Shown piece by piece: positions 51,196 to 64,000 of a stretch of DNA of 64,000 nucleotides. A program made the position numbers and the translations under genes. The stretch covers positions 3,978,510 to 4,042,509 of the forward strand of contig NC_068981.1 in the NCBI RefSeq assembly GCF_001194135.2, given 5' to 3'. The notes below the pieces were generated by a model that searched no databases, had not been told where the DNA came from, and saw only the letters and a list, made by a program, of their open reading frames with translations. Source of the DNA: Octopus bimaculoides (lineage: Eukaryota). The number at the start of each line of letters is the position of its first letter. The stretch's first letter is position 1.

Positions 51196-52510
51196 TGGTG
51201 GCAGTGTGCCTGGGTATACTCTCAGGGTATAAGAATGAGAATATAAATTCTTTTCCAATATTCTGTAAGAACATGTCTAGCCATGAGGAAATATTACTTT
51301 ACTTGCAAACAGGCCAGGGTTGGTAACAGGAAGGGCATCCAGTCATAGAAAATCTGTTTCAACAAATTCTGCCCAACCCATGCAAGCATGGAAAAGTGGA
51401 TGTTAAAACAATGATGAGCCATTAGATACTGCATGTTTGAGCAGTTGTAAGTATAATGTTAACATATTTAGAACGAGACAAGGTTTCTGAAGAAGGGATC
51501 ATCATCATCATCATCATCGTTTAACGTCCGCTTTCCATGCTAGCATGGGTTGGACGATTTGACTGAGGACTGGTGAAACCGGATGGCAACACCAGGCTCC
51601 AGTCTGATTTGGCAGAGTTTCTACAGCTGGATGCCCTTCCTAACGCCAACCACTCAGAGAGTGTAGTGGGTGCTTTTACGTGTCACCCGCACGAAAACGG
51701 CCACGCTCGAAATGGTGTCTTTTATGTGCCACCCGCACAAGCCAGTCCAGGGGCACTGGCAACGATCTCGCTCGAAAATCCTACAGGAGCCAGTCAGGCG
51801 GTACTGGCAACGGCCACGCTCAAAATGGTGCATCTCATGTGCCACCCGCACAAGAACCAGTCCAGGGGCACTGGCAACGATTGATGCAATCGAGTGAAAA
51901 GGGGAAAAAGATTTTAAAAACAGCTCCATGTACCTGCAAGGTGACCCCAGATCTCACCAGTTCATGTACATGTCAGATAGTAATCTTGACCCTTGTACTT
52001 TGAAGCCATTGCAAAAATGAAAAAAAAAAAAACTTCAGAAATTTTTATGGGGGAATGGAAATGGGTGTGAAAGCCCTTTAACACTGAAAGTGGGTGGGTG
52101 TGGCGGTCAAATTGAGTGCTTTATCTTAAATCATAATGGGGTGGGGGAGGGTCCTCTTTATTTCTAATGTTGGGATTGGTGGAATAGTAATACAGAGATT
52201 ACAGAAGCTGATGAGAACTTTTGTAACAGCAAACAATTTAAGAAAGGAGAGGGGAGAAAGAGATAGACCTAGAGGGAGGTATGAGGAGAGAGAAAGAGAC
52301 CTAAAGGGAGGGAGGATATCTAGAAACCACAGGACTGTATTGTGTGGAAAAATAGAAAACTTTCTTTTTTTAAAAAAAAAGAATACACCACCACCTGTTT
52401 GTGTAATCAAATAGGACATGTTAAGCCTTTTCATAGCAAACCACCTGAAACCGACTCCGACTTTCAGTTTTAATGTGATCTTAATTAAAACCTATCAACA
52501 TTTCATGTTT

Positions 52511-52855
52511 GTAGTAAACATTATTTGCCAACGTAACATGGCAGTCCTGGTTCAGGACGAATGTTGCTATAATTTAGCCCCTGGAGACATTATTCTGTGC
52601 TGATGAAGGGAAATAACCCAGAAATCGCGATACATATTGTTTTGAGCTGAGTGGGGGTGCTAGATTCCTTTATTCCAAAATATAAGGACACAGATCATGT
52701 CATATAGCCAGCTGGAGACGATGTCTCCTGGGGCTAAATTACAGAAACATTCGCCCTAAACCAGGACTGCCATGTTATGTTGCCAAACAAGCTTTACTCC
52801 AAAGTATGGTTGCTGAATATCTCTCGTTGTGAGATTTACAAATAGAATTTTTCTA
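52511..52855. mobile_element. longest family P1 copy, ~80-bp inverted arms + tail, 11-bp TSD, central hammerhead
   Basis: TSD ATTTCATGTTT (52500-10) / ATTACATGTTT (52856-66); same ends as the 9547 and 61381 copies. Confidence 0.85.
52596..52636 (+). ncRNA. minimal type-I hammerhead ribozyme motif
   Basis: TGTG-CTGATGA-A-GGG-aaataa-CCC-A-GAA-ATCGCGAT-A-CATA: intact core, 8-nt palindromic stem III, AUA triplet, 4-bp stem I with one G-U. Confidence 0.65.
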
Positions 52856-53517
52856 ATTACATGTTTATGTTCCAAATATCAGCTTAGTAATGTCAAAGGC
52901 GGTATGAATGTGGAGGTGCGTGGCTTAGTGGTTTGGGCGTGATCGTAATATTGTGGTTTCAATTCCTAGACCAGGCAACATGTGTTCTTGAGCAAAACAC
53001 TTCATTTCACGTTGCTCCAGTCCACTCAGCTGGCGAAAATGCATAATCCTGCGACGGACCAGTATCCCATCCACATCACTCAAGGTAGGGAGCTCCGAAA
53101 AGGGTCTCAGGGAGTAGCATCCCTGCCTTCCTGAGCTAGTTCTCCACCACATTTCTTAAAAATCATGGTAGAGGCCTTGGTCATGGGACCATTCATGTCT
53201 AGAAACTGAGGTTGGGGTAAGCAAGGGCATGCTCCCCGTAGAGAATCCAGCTCCAAAAAAGCCTCATGATAGCAAAGGAGAATGGGCACCAGCCAGCCCA
53301 AAGGTTGGGGTGGGCTGCACCTGTCTACCTTGGTTGCTATGGCATTGAAGTAGATCCGGCTATCTCCATTAATGGGGACAAAAGCCAGATTTAAAACACT
53401 GGATGATGATGCTGAAACTGGGAATCTGGCCTTTGTGAGCCTGGCATGGTTCGAGAAGGAAACGATCGTTTCCAGAATTAATTGGAATGGAGGCAGATGA
53501 ACTGGTTAGCTCTTTTG

Positions 53518-53619
53518 AAGTTCCATATTCAAGAGATGAGGAATTATGTACATTATTTACATTTGACGGATATTTTATTTGTAACAACAAACAAGATGAG
53601 GACAAATATCCATCAAACG
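53518..53619. mobile_element. centre-deleted copy of family P2, 11-bp TSD
   Basis: Reverse complement of the 35612-35669 tail plus IR ttacatttgacggatattt / aaatatccatcaaacgtaa. TSD TAGCTCTTTTG (53507-17) / TAACTCTTTTG (53620-30). Confidence 0.75.
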
Positions 53620-54991
53620 TAACTCTTTTGTTACCATATTTCAGTTGAGACACACTGCTTTTGTTTCAATTAAATTGGAAAATAATGAATTGAGTGAAAA
53701 AAAAAAAAAAAAAACTTAGTCATTATTAATCTGCATTACTGCTTGGCACCTTAGGCAAGTGTCTTCTTGTATGCGTGCGCGTGTGTGCATACATGTAGTG
53801 TGTACATGTATGCATATGCATGTGTGTATGTGTGCATATGCGTGTGTACGTGTGAATGTGTGTGTATGCATGCATATGCATGAGTGTATGCATATGTATG
53901 TGGTGTATGTGTGTGGCGTATCCCCGTATAGACATTGCGATAGTTTGTGTATGTGCATGTGTGAGTATATACGAGTGAATATATGCGTGCGTGTATACGT
54001 GTGTTTGTGCATACACACATGTGCGTGCACGCACGTGTGTACGTGTGTGGTGTGTCCCCATACAGACTGTGTGATAATTGTAAATGAGTGTCACTGTCAT
54101 ACAAGCAGTGTCATTCCTTTCCAATATTCTGTCAAAAAAACCTGTCTGGCCATGGAGAAACTATTACCCTGCATGGAAACAGGTGAGGGTTGGCGACAGG
54201 AAAGGCATCCTGCCATAGAAAATTTGGCTCAAACAAATTCCACCCAACCCATGCAAGCATGAAAAAGCGAATATTTAAATGATGACGATGATGTTGATGT
54301 GTGTATAAATAGATATTTGTAAAACTGATATGGGGTGAATAGATGAGATTCACACAACAAAAATCAATCATTTTCATTTCTATTGTAGAAACACATTTAA
54401 GAAGTCTTCACAGGCGTGGCTGTGTAGGAAGATGCCTGCTTCCCAGATACATGGTTCTGGGTTCAGTCCCACTGTGTGGCACCTTGGGCAAGAGTCTTCT
54501 ACTGTAGCCTCACCGGGCCAACCAAAGCCTTGTGAATGGATTTGGTAGACGAAAACTAAAAGAAACCCTCCATGAATATGTGTGTGCGTATATGTGTGTG
54601 TGTGTGTGCGCACGTGTGTCTGTTTGTCCCTCAGTACTGCTTGAGAACCGCTGTTGGTATATTTACATCCCAGTACCTTAGCAGTTCAGCAAAAGAAGAC
54701 CAATACAATAAGGCTTTAAAAAAATACATACTGGGGTTGATCCATTTGACTAAAATGTCTTTGTGGCAGTACCCCAGCATGGCCACAGTCTAATTGACTG
54801 AAACAAGGAAAAGAATTGGCTGTGACTAGTTCTTATCAGTGAGAAAAACAGTCTGGGGTCCTTGAGAAACAGATTGTTGTACCTGGCAAGAATTAGCTAG
54901 ATTTGAAATAAAAAGAAAAGGGGAAAAAATACCCTCTTGTAAGTAACTTTCATGATTACATACACACGAGATCATAAAGGATATATATATA

Positions 54992-55612
54992 TCTATACTA
55001 TAAAAGGCATATTCTATAATTATGAACATAATTATAATCAGGGGTCAGCTAATTGCTTCACCATGCACGTTGCTGTCTGGGAGATTTTTATGGTAGCAGA
55101 AAAGGCATTTTAACTCCTTTTTCTAAATTCGGTGTGTGGTGAAGCAATTAGCTGACCCCTGATTATAATTATGTTTATAATTATAGAATATTTGTATAAT
55201 TTTACCAAAAATGGTTATTTCAACATACCGAACTACTTGATAAAATTATCAATTAATTAATTTTACCCTTTTATTATTATTATACACACACACACAAGAG
55301 TTACAGAATGGAGTAGGTAAGATCCGGGCTACATAGGTTTCATCACAAGCGGAACCTCCGAAGTGGTAAACATCCAAGCTATTGAATATTCCACGTGTTA
55401 ACATGTATCTCCTTGCGACAATGTAAACTGTAAACTTTCATTTAATCAAGATATCCTTAGCCTAAGTAGCCTATGGTATAAACCTCGCTTGGATATTTAC
55501 CACTTCTGAGGTTCCGCTCGCTATGAAACATATGTAGCCTGGATCTTATCTATTCCATTCTGTAACTCTAGTATTCTTATTTGCACACCTGGCAACCCTG
55601 GTCGCCTACTGT
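54992..55612 (+). mobile_element. putative non-autonomous Helitron containing two long foldbacks
   Basis: 5' TCTATACTATAAAAGG after (AT)n and a 3' degenerate CCTGG-CAAC-CCTGG hairpin. Foldbacks at 55009-55191 (55-bp arms) and 55298-55568 (82-bp arms). Confidence 0.5.
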
Positions 55613-56992
55613 TAAATATGAAAATAACCTTTTTCCGGAACAAGGAAGACGTGTTCTTGTTTGTCTCCTTCCCTAGCTTGATTCATGCATTCACCACCAC
55701 AATCTCGTTTAGGCTTAGCAGCCCTACCTGTTTGTTTTCTGCAAAATCCCAGATTTTATTTTATTTAATTTGCTTTGCAGGAGCAACTGTTTTATTGAAA
55801 GCGTATATTGTTGTTAAATGCCCGAAATACAAGACTAGAAAAACAGCCAACAACAGATGAAGGGTCGTTCTTTATGTTGTTTGTTTTGTTTTCCATTTGT
55901 GTCTTTCGTTGTTCGAAAAAATAGTTCATGTTCCACATACTCATGCTTTGTATTTTTTTGTTGTACACATTTCATGACTTCCTGTGCCCACATATGCATA
56001 TATTATTTATATTATCATTTATATATATATATATAGAGAGAGAGAGTGGGGGGCAGTGGCTGAATAACTATGAAGGCTATGCTGATTACCTGTAATGCAG
56101 CCACATAAGTTGTATGAGACACACAAGTGATTATTATGACCGATCGAAATTAAATCCCACCCTCACCCTTTATAGAAACATATTTAAAACGGAGATATAA
56201 CAAGTACTTGTGACTCCTTTGCCAGGTTAATTATTAAAACTGACAGACCAGACGGTAGCTGAACGTACTAGAAACAGCAGCCAAATCTCACTTGCAGCAC
56301 AATCTACAATCTGGGAGGAAGAAATGACAACATTAACACAGTCCTAGACACCCGTAAAAAGACTGGATGGCCACAAGTGGCATGTCTTTGATCAAGGCCA
56401 ATATGGGACTAAACAACCACAATACATCAGTACAATTTTACCGATCATGCTGCACACATTTCTTTCTTGGCTGTCATATGTTAAAAAAACTATGATTACA
56501 CACTAGGAAAGGTATGATAAATATGCAATGACATAACATGAAATTGCTAATCTAGTCAGACTGCCTCAACCCATTGGCCTTCCTGTGTAATAAAACAAAA
56601 CAAACAAACAAAATTACAAATTACTTCATGGCATTTTAAGAGCAAAGCTTGATAGCTGTAACTACTGTAATAAACTAGAAATGAGAAAACAAGAAAGGAA
56701 ATGTGTTTTTATATAAGAGGGACAGACACACAGACATGCACACAGATGCTTAGACACACACACAATATATAAATATATATTCTTTTATTCTTCTATTTGT
56801 TACAGTCATGCTGGAGCACCACCTTTTAGTCAAAACAAATCGACCCCAGGACTTATTCTTTGTAAGCCTAGTACTTATTCTATCAGTCTCTTTTGCCGAA
56901 CCGCTAAGTTACAGGGGCGTAAACACACCAACATCAGTTGTCAAGCGATAGTAGGGAGACAAACACAGACACACAAACATATACATACATAC

Positions 56993-57046
<54 letters not shown>

Positions 57047-60000
57047 NNNNNNNNNNNNNNNNNNNNNNNNNNNNNNNNNNNNNNNNNNNNNNNNNNNNNN
57101 NNNNNNNNNNNNNNNNNNNNNNNNNNNNNNNNNNNNNNNNNNNNNNNNNNNNNNNNNNNNNNNNNNNNNNNNNNNNNNNNNNNNNNNNNNNNNNNNNNGG
57201 GCTTCTTCGAGCTTCCATCTACCAAATCCACTCACAGGGCTTTGGTCGGTCCAAGGCTATAGTAGAAGACACTTGCCCAAGGTGCCACACAGTGGGACTG
57301 AACCCGGAATCATGTGGTTGGTAAGCAAGCTACTTACAACACAGCCACTCCTGCACACACACACATATATCGTGCCAGTGGCAGGGAAAAAGCACCCACT
57401 ACACTCTTGGAGTGGTTGGCGTTAGGAAGGACATCCAGCTGTAGAAAGTCTGCCAGATCAGATTGGAGTCTGGTGGAACCATCTGGTTTGCCAGTCCCCA
57501 GTCAAATCGTCCAACCCATGGTAGCATGGAAAGCGGACGTTAAATGATGATGATGATGATGATATATATATATCTCAATGACAATGGAAGTATAGTGTTC
57601 AGTAAAATAAGCTTCCTTCAAATGACTTAACTCACATACCAAACTGAAAATTTATACTAAATCTGACCCACCTGACAGGTGAATCTCAGGTGTCTACTGT
57701 GCATCACAGTTGAAAACGTATCCTTCATGCAAAAGTGATTTGATTTATATCAACTGTTCTAAATATTTCAATGAAACATCACAGGATTTAAAGAATGAGA
57801 ATCTATGCTTAATTTGAAATAATTCTCGAGGGGAGGGTGATTCCACACAAACACACATCAGCTATAATGATTAGCCTGGCAGGTGAGTCATGCACTCTGA
57901 CTGATGTTCCATAATTTTAAACAGGAGTGGTACATTTTTGTACATCAGTTATAAATGAACAACCTGACACTTCAGTCCCAAGTACTCGTACAGTCTTTCG
58001 ACCTTGTCTACAGTAGCAGATCCTATAGATGACTGAAGTGCCCAGTAAAAGCTGATGGGTTTCCCAGACCAGGATCCATAAAAGTGTTATTTGTTCTGTG
58101 AAGTGGGAAGAAAGGACAAAGTATTTTTTATGCTTTGCATTTCATTTCCGACTCCCATCATGCTTTCCATTGATGGTGGCATTTCTGCTCTTTTCAGGGT
58201 TTCAGGATTTCACTGTGACCCTGGCAGGGTGGAAGACAGGTGCTATGCTCTGCCAAAGGACAATCCACAATGTTGTCCAGGTCTGCTTATTGAGAATTTG
58301 CAGTTAACCTATATATATCTACAGGTCATTCCCCTATCCACAAACAGGGGTCTCGATAGGGGTTTTCATCACCACACCACATTGTCCAAGCAAACTTCAC
58401 CAGGTGATGATGACTCTCCACATGAGCAGTTCAATCTCTAACAACTAGTTCTTATTTTACTTGCCTTCAATATTTTAAAATTGGTCATTTCCTTCCTGCT
58501 CCCTTCTCCAACTCATCCCTTATTGGTCACCCGCTTTTCAATCGTACCCGGTCTTTACAGTTGTTGCCTGTCTTCCCCCCCCCACTCCACCATCTCCTGC
58601 TCCTCATAAATCTTACACACGCACCTCTCCCACTTCTACTCATATCTTGAGGCGCCATCTGGACACCTTATGTTCATTATCGCTTTGTAGTTCCCACTAA
58701 TCAGTCTCTCTCTCTTCTAAGTGTGAATAGCCATGCAACCCCCTTACAAGAACCTGCTTTACCCCCACCTCTCATCCCCCTAGCATAAAAACTGCAAGTT
58801 GTATGGCAACCTCCTTAGTGTTGGAGTATGAACAAGAAACCCACCCTGTATGTGCTGTAAAGTGGTTGGCATTAGGAAGGGCATCCAGCCATAGAAAACC
58901 ATGCCAAACCAGACACTAAACATGAGGCAGTCCTTGGACCCATTGGATTCTGTCAAACTGACCAACCCCTACCAACATGAGATATGGACATTAAATGACA
59001 ATGTTGTTTAGTCTCACTAATAAAACGTCTAAGATTCTGAAAACTGAAACTGGTATAAGAACATATAGAAGAGAAACTACTGCAAATGATGAATTAAAAA
59101 CAATTATTTTCCTCATCTAACAAAAATAGGTGTCAATCGTACATAAAAGCTGGCAGAGGTGTTCGGGACAAGGATATTGCCAAGACACTGAGCTGAACTT
59201 TGGTCTAGGACAGTGGTTCTCTATGGACCCCTTTTGGTTCTTATTTTACTCTAGTGGACCCTCATAACTGTTCGATATTCAAACAATCCTATTATATTTT
59301 TAGGATTAAATATTAATAGGAATTGTATAAAAAAAATGTTCATAACATTTTGTGCATTGTAGAAACCTACTAGTTTATAGTTCATAAATTTTAACAACAA
59401 AATCTTCAATGGATCCCAGTTGAGAACTGCTGGTTTCAAAGAATATATTGGTGTCACTTTTTGAATTGTTATAAGACTTCAATCAAAGGAGATGCCCTGC
59501 ACCATGTCTGCAGGCAAGAAGTACATTGGTTAAGAACCAGTAACCGAGGTGACTGAATTCATCAAGTTGGTAGAGGTTGATGCCTTTGAAAGCCTACCAG
59601 AAGGAGATGCTCAACTAAGTCGGGACTCTCTCGAGGACACCATTTATAGCACTCAGGGCCTTCAGGAACAAATATGACAAAACATAAAACAAGTTTGAAG
59701 CAAGCTCTACTGAATTAAGTTCACCACACTGTTATTGAGGTAAACTATGCTGTACTAAGGGGCAGCAAGAAGCAAGGACCAGAAAACACTATTGCTATGC
59801 AAATGATTACTAGCTGCAACAGTAAGAAAGCATTGAGTAACTGTTCGATAAAAATAGAGATCACAAGATTGTGGTTTCAATTCCTGGACCAGCCAATGCA
59901 TTGTGTTCTTGAGTAAAATACTTCATTTCACGTTGCGCCAGTTCACTTAGCTGGCAAAAATGAGCAATCACGTGATGGACAGTATCCTGTCCAGGAAAGA

Positions 60001-61380
60001 GTATATGTATAAATATATATATATAAGTCAGAGAAAGTGGGAAACCGGCAAAAGACAAACTGATGCCATAGTAAATATTAAATATGCCAATGAAACATAC
60101 ACACACACACACACACACAAGCAAGTAATAAATATAAAAGAATTTAGAAGACTGGAAAACACATATCTGAATTAAGACCATTCAGAAAAATTAGTTGAGT
60201 AAAAGAAAAAACAAAAAAACCCAGCAGAGTAAATACATTAATTGCATTTTTCATTTACAGAACTTACACCAAAAGGCGGTGAGCTGGCAGAAACGTTAGC
60301 ACGCCGGGCAAAATGAGGTTGACTTTGCCTTTCATCCTTTCGGGGTCGATACATTAAGTACCAGTTACGCATTGGGGTCGATGTAAATGACAATCTGTTA
60401 GTCTGTCCTTGTTTGTCCCCTCTATGTTTAGCTCCTTGTGAGCAATAAAGAAATAAGAACTTACACCATCATTTTAATGTCCACTTTTCCATGCTTGTAT
60501 GGCTCAGATGGAATTTGTTGAGGCAGAATTTCTAAAGTTGGATGCTCTTCCCGTCACCAATCCTCACCAGTTTCTAAAAGGTAATATTTCTCCATCATCA
60601 TCGTTTAATGATGATAGTGGAGAAATATCTCCATGGCCACACACATTCACACAGAACATTGGAAATGAACAACAACATTTGTATGATGGTTAATGATAAT
60701 TAACAATCATCACATGATGTCACGACAAGACTACACACAAATATACACATACATATACAATGGGCTTTTGGCTGCCCTCCACCAGATCTACCCACAGGGC
60801 TTTGGTTGGCCTGGGACTACAGTAGAAGATATTTGCATGAAATACTGCAATGTGGAACTGAACCCAAAACCATGTGGTCAAGAAGCAGGCTTCTTAACTA
60901 CACAATCGAATCTGAGACACTGATAATTATATAACCATTTCTAAACCATCATCAATAATGCTGATTTAACAGCTTCTAGGAGATAAAACAAGAACGTGTA
61001 GTGACAATTTTGTATTCTTCAAAATCTTTGCACAAAGATCCATGAAATTAAAAAATTCACCAAAAACTTCATTTTGTTTATTTGCATGAGTAAGCCACCA
61101 TTTGATGACTTAGCAAACTGCTGCTTCTTCAATAAAATGAAGATTTCTGATTTAGACTGAAGGCAAGCAATTTTGAGAGGAGGGGAAGCAGTTGATTACC
61201 ATCAACCTCCGTATCCGACTTATTTTACGGCCTCCCTCACCACCACCACCGTCCACTAGAAACACGAAACATTGGTGGAATTTGAACTTGTAAAGAGACC
61301 AAATGACTACTGTAAAGTATATTTGTTCCAATGCTTCTCGACTAACATTGCAGATTAGTTGGCAAACTAGACATGGCTAT

Positions 61381-61595
61381 GTAGTAAAGATTATTTGCCA
61401 ACACAACATGGCAGTCCTGGTTTAGGACGAATGTTGCTGTAATTTAGCCCCAGGAGACAGTCTCCAGCTGGCTATACAACACGATCTGTGTCCTAAACCA
61501 GGACTGCCATGTTATGTTGGCAAACAATCGTTACTACAAAGTACTGTTGCTGAATAATATCTCACCTTGTGAAATTTAAAAATAGTAATTTTCTA
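61381..61595. mobile_element. family P1 copy inserted in the head of a family B SINE, 11-bp TSD
   Basis: TSD GACATGGCTAT (61370-80) / GACATGGCTGT (61596-606); inverted arms plus tail ending ttttcta. Confidence 0.85.
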
Positions 61596-62551
61596 GACAT
61601 GGCTGTGTTGGTAAGAAGCTTGCTCCTCAACCACATGGTTCTGGGTTCAGTTCCAATGCATGGCACTTTGGGCAAGTATCTTCCTTTGTAGCCTTGGACC
61701 AACCAAAGCCTTGTGAGTGGATTTGGTAGATGGAAACTGAAAGAAGCCTGTCATGTGTGTGTGCGTCAGTGTTTATCTCCTACCCCCACTTGCAACTGGT
61801 GTTGGTATATTTACATCCCTGTAACTTAGCAGCTCAACAAAAAGACCAATAGGATAAATAGCAAGCTTAAAAAAAAAATTTTTTTTTAATAAATACTGGG
61901 GTTGATTCAGTCGACTAAAAATCCTTCAAGGCAGTGCCCCAGTATGGCCACAATCAAATGACTGAAACAAGTCAAAAATAATAAAAAACAAAACATAAAA
62001 AACTCAAATTCAAACAGCTATTATAAAATGAAAAGAGTGGAGTGCAGTGAAATATTGAAGGAAAAGAAAAATCAATCTTATGTCGGACTTGACATTTACT
62101 AATGTATGTGTGTGCGTGTATGTATTATAAATATATATATACACACACACACATATATATATATATGTATGTATATATAATACAAATAATAAGCCAGCAA
62201 AATAATGAATACTATAGACATTCAAGGGTAAAGGACAGTTGAAACAACAAGGCTCTCAGAAATCTACTTAGAAGAAAAAAAAAAGTCCACAACAGATGTT
62301 AAAGGAAAGCCAGCACGTGATGCTATGGTGCTTCTCTCCATACGACTGACAGTAGAGAGACTCACCATTATTTCATCATTAGACGCTACTGATAAAACAA
62401 CTATTCAGAGCTAATGAAATAAAGCTAAAAACCCGAACCAAGTGAGCAAACTGGAAATCCCTCATATATATATATATGCATATAAATATATACATTTACA
62501 TAAATATATACATATATATATACATATACATATATATACATATATATATAC

Positions 62552-62582
<31 letters not shown>

Positions 62583-62886
62583 TTAATTTTGCTCTCCTCG
62601 TATTTTTTACTTCGCTTCCATCACCGCTTCAGACTCTCTCCAATATTTTTACTTATACACGCATGTTTTAACATTTTTATACTTCCATCTGGAGATTTTT
62701 TTTTAAATCTATTAATTTATACAAATATATTCTTAATATATTTATTTATTTATAGATCCTTGAAAAAAATGTCTGTATTTATATATTTTTATTCTATCAT
62801 GTACATTTGTCTTTTAAATCCATCTCTAATTGGAGTCATGTTTGTGGATGGAATTACCAGGTCTTGTTTCTTCACATTACACATTC

Positions 62887-63545
62887 CAGTCCAGAGAACA
62901 GGGTGTCATCATTCCACTATTCTCCTTTGTACGGCCACACCTCGAATACTGCCCCCCCCCACCCCCGGTCATCCCATACAAAACAAAACATCTCGAAAAT
63001 TGAATCACCCCAGAGAGCATTCACTAAACAAATTAAGGGCATGACTGATCTCAATTTCTGGGACTGCCTTCAAGCACTGAAACTCTAATCCTCTCCAGGG
63101 CTGCTGCAAACGATACATCATTTGCATGATGTGAAGAATATACTGCCAGCATTGCATAAACGACCTCAACATTAGCTTCAAAATTCATCCAAGGCTAGGA
63201 CCACGGGCCATTCGTCCCCTACCCAATTCAGAATCACAACACATAAATACACTGCAACACAATTTCTTTTCCCCAACAGGCCCTGCCCTATTTAACATTG
63301 TCCCAAAACAGATCAAAGAGGGATACACCTTTAAATGGAATCTGGACAAATTTCTTCAAGGGATACCGGAAAAGCCACCCACACGTGGATGCAACTCACT
63401 CAACAAGAACTTCCTACTTGAATGGACCATGATACCACAAAACTTGACTTAAAAAAGATTTAGATAATCCTATCAGGTAGTGCTATTAAGTTAGACGTGG
63501 CCTGGACTAATCTTTGGTTGAAACTTATCTAAGTTTTTATATATA
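62887..63545 (+). mobile_element. CR1-clade LINE 3' end
   Basis: ...VRPHLEYC...ISKIESPQRAFTKQIKGMTDLNFWDCLQALKL*...RYII..., the CR1 RPHLEYC / QRRFTK / LKLYSL region; decayed. Confidence 0.85.
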
Positions 63546-64000
63546 TATGTATATATATATATATATATTTATCACCAAGACTGTTTCCATCTGTCATATT
63601 CACTCACAAGGCTTGTAACAGAAGAAGACATGCCAAGGTGATGTAGAATAGAAATTATCCCCAAATCATGTAGCTGAGAAGCGAACTTCTTAATCATACA
63701 CTACAGAAATGTCGGTAGACAACTACAAACAAACCAATTAATATACAGATCGTTTATATTTTCAGGTCCCCTAAGGCTGGCAGAATCATTAGCAACTTAG
63801 CGGCATTTCACCCATCTTTATGATACGAGTTCAAATGCTGCAGCGGTTGACTTGGCCTTTATTCCCTTTAGGTTGATAACATAGATACCAGTTGAATACT
63901 GGGAGAGTCAATGTAATTAACTAGCCCCCCCCCTCCCCACCCCACCAACATCAGGTCTTGTGATGCAGAAAGGATATATTCTCAAATCTCTAATGTTATC

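Noticed and set aside
57950-59830. Coding-looking stretches at 57950-58440 and 59480-59700
   Set aside because: Interrupted by stops in all frames with no diagnostic motif; probably old LINE fragments, too uncertain to annotate.

Overview
AT-rich, microsatellite- and SINE-dense animal genomic DNA with several N gaps. The repeat families point to an octopus or other coleoid cephalopod (inference). Two convergent protein-coding genes are supported. On +, a two-coding-exon TMEM121/CECR6-family membrane protein, join(8219..8384,11987..12735), 304 aa. On -, a Rab GDP-dissociation inhibitor, with 10 coding exons read from 43179 down to 25938 and the ~15-codon first exon not visible. The rest is transposon debris: mariner, maT-like Tc1/mariner, piggyBac, hAT-like MITEs, Helitron/Helentron-like elements, RTE/CR1/Tx1 LINE ends and several SINE families. 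The most notable signal is a set of small non-coding insertions sharing one architecture. Five copies in two families have an inverted repeat, a one-sided tail and an 11-13 bp target-site duplication (9547, 35145, 52511, 53518, 61381). Two of these, plus an unrelated foldback at 40397, contain minimal type-I hammerhead-ribozyme motifs, most with a palindromic stem III. They look like non-autonomous Penelope-like or retrozyme-like retroelements, and two sit in GDI introns. All alignments and folds were done by eye.
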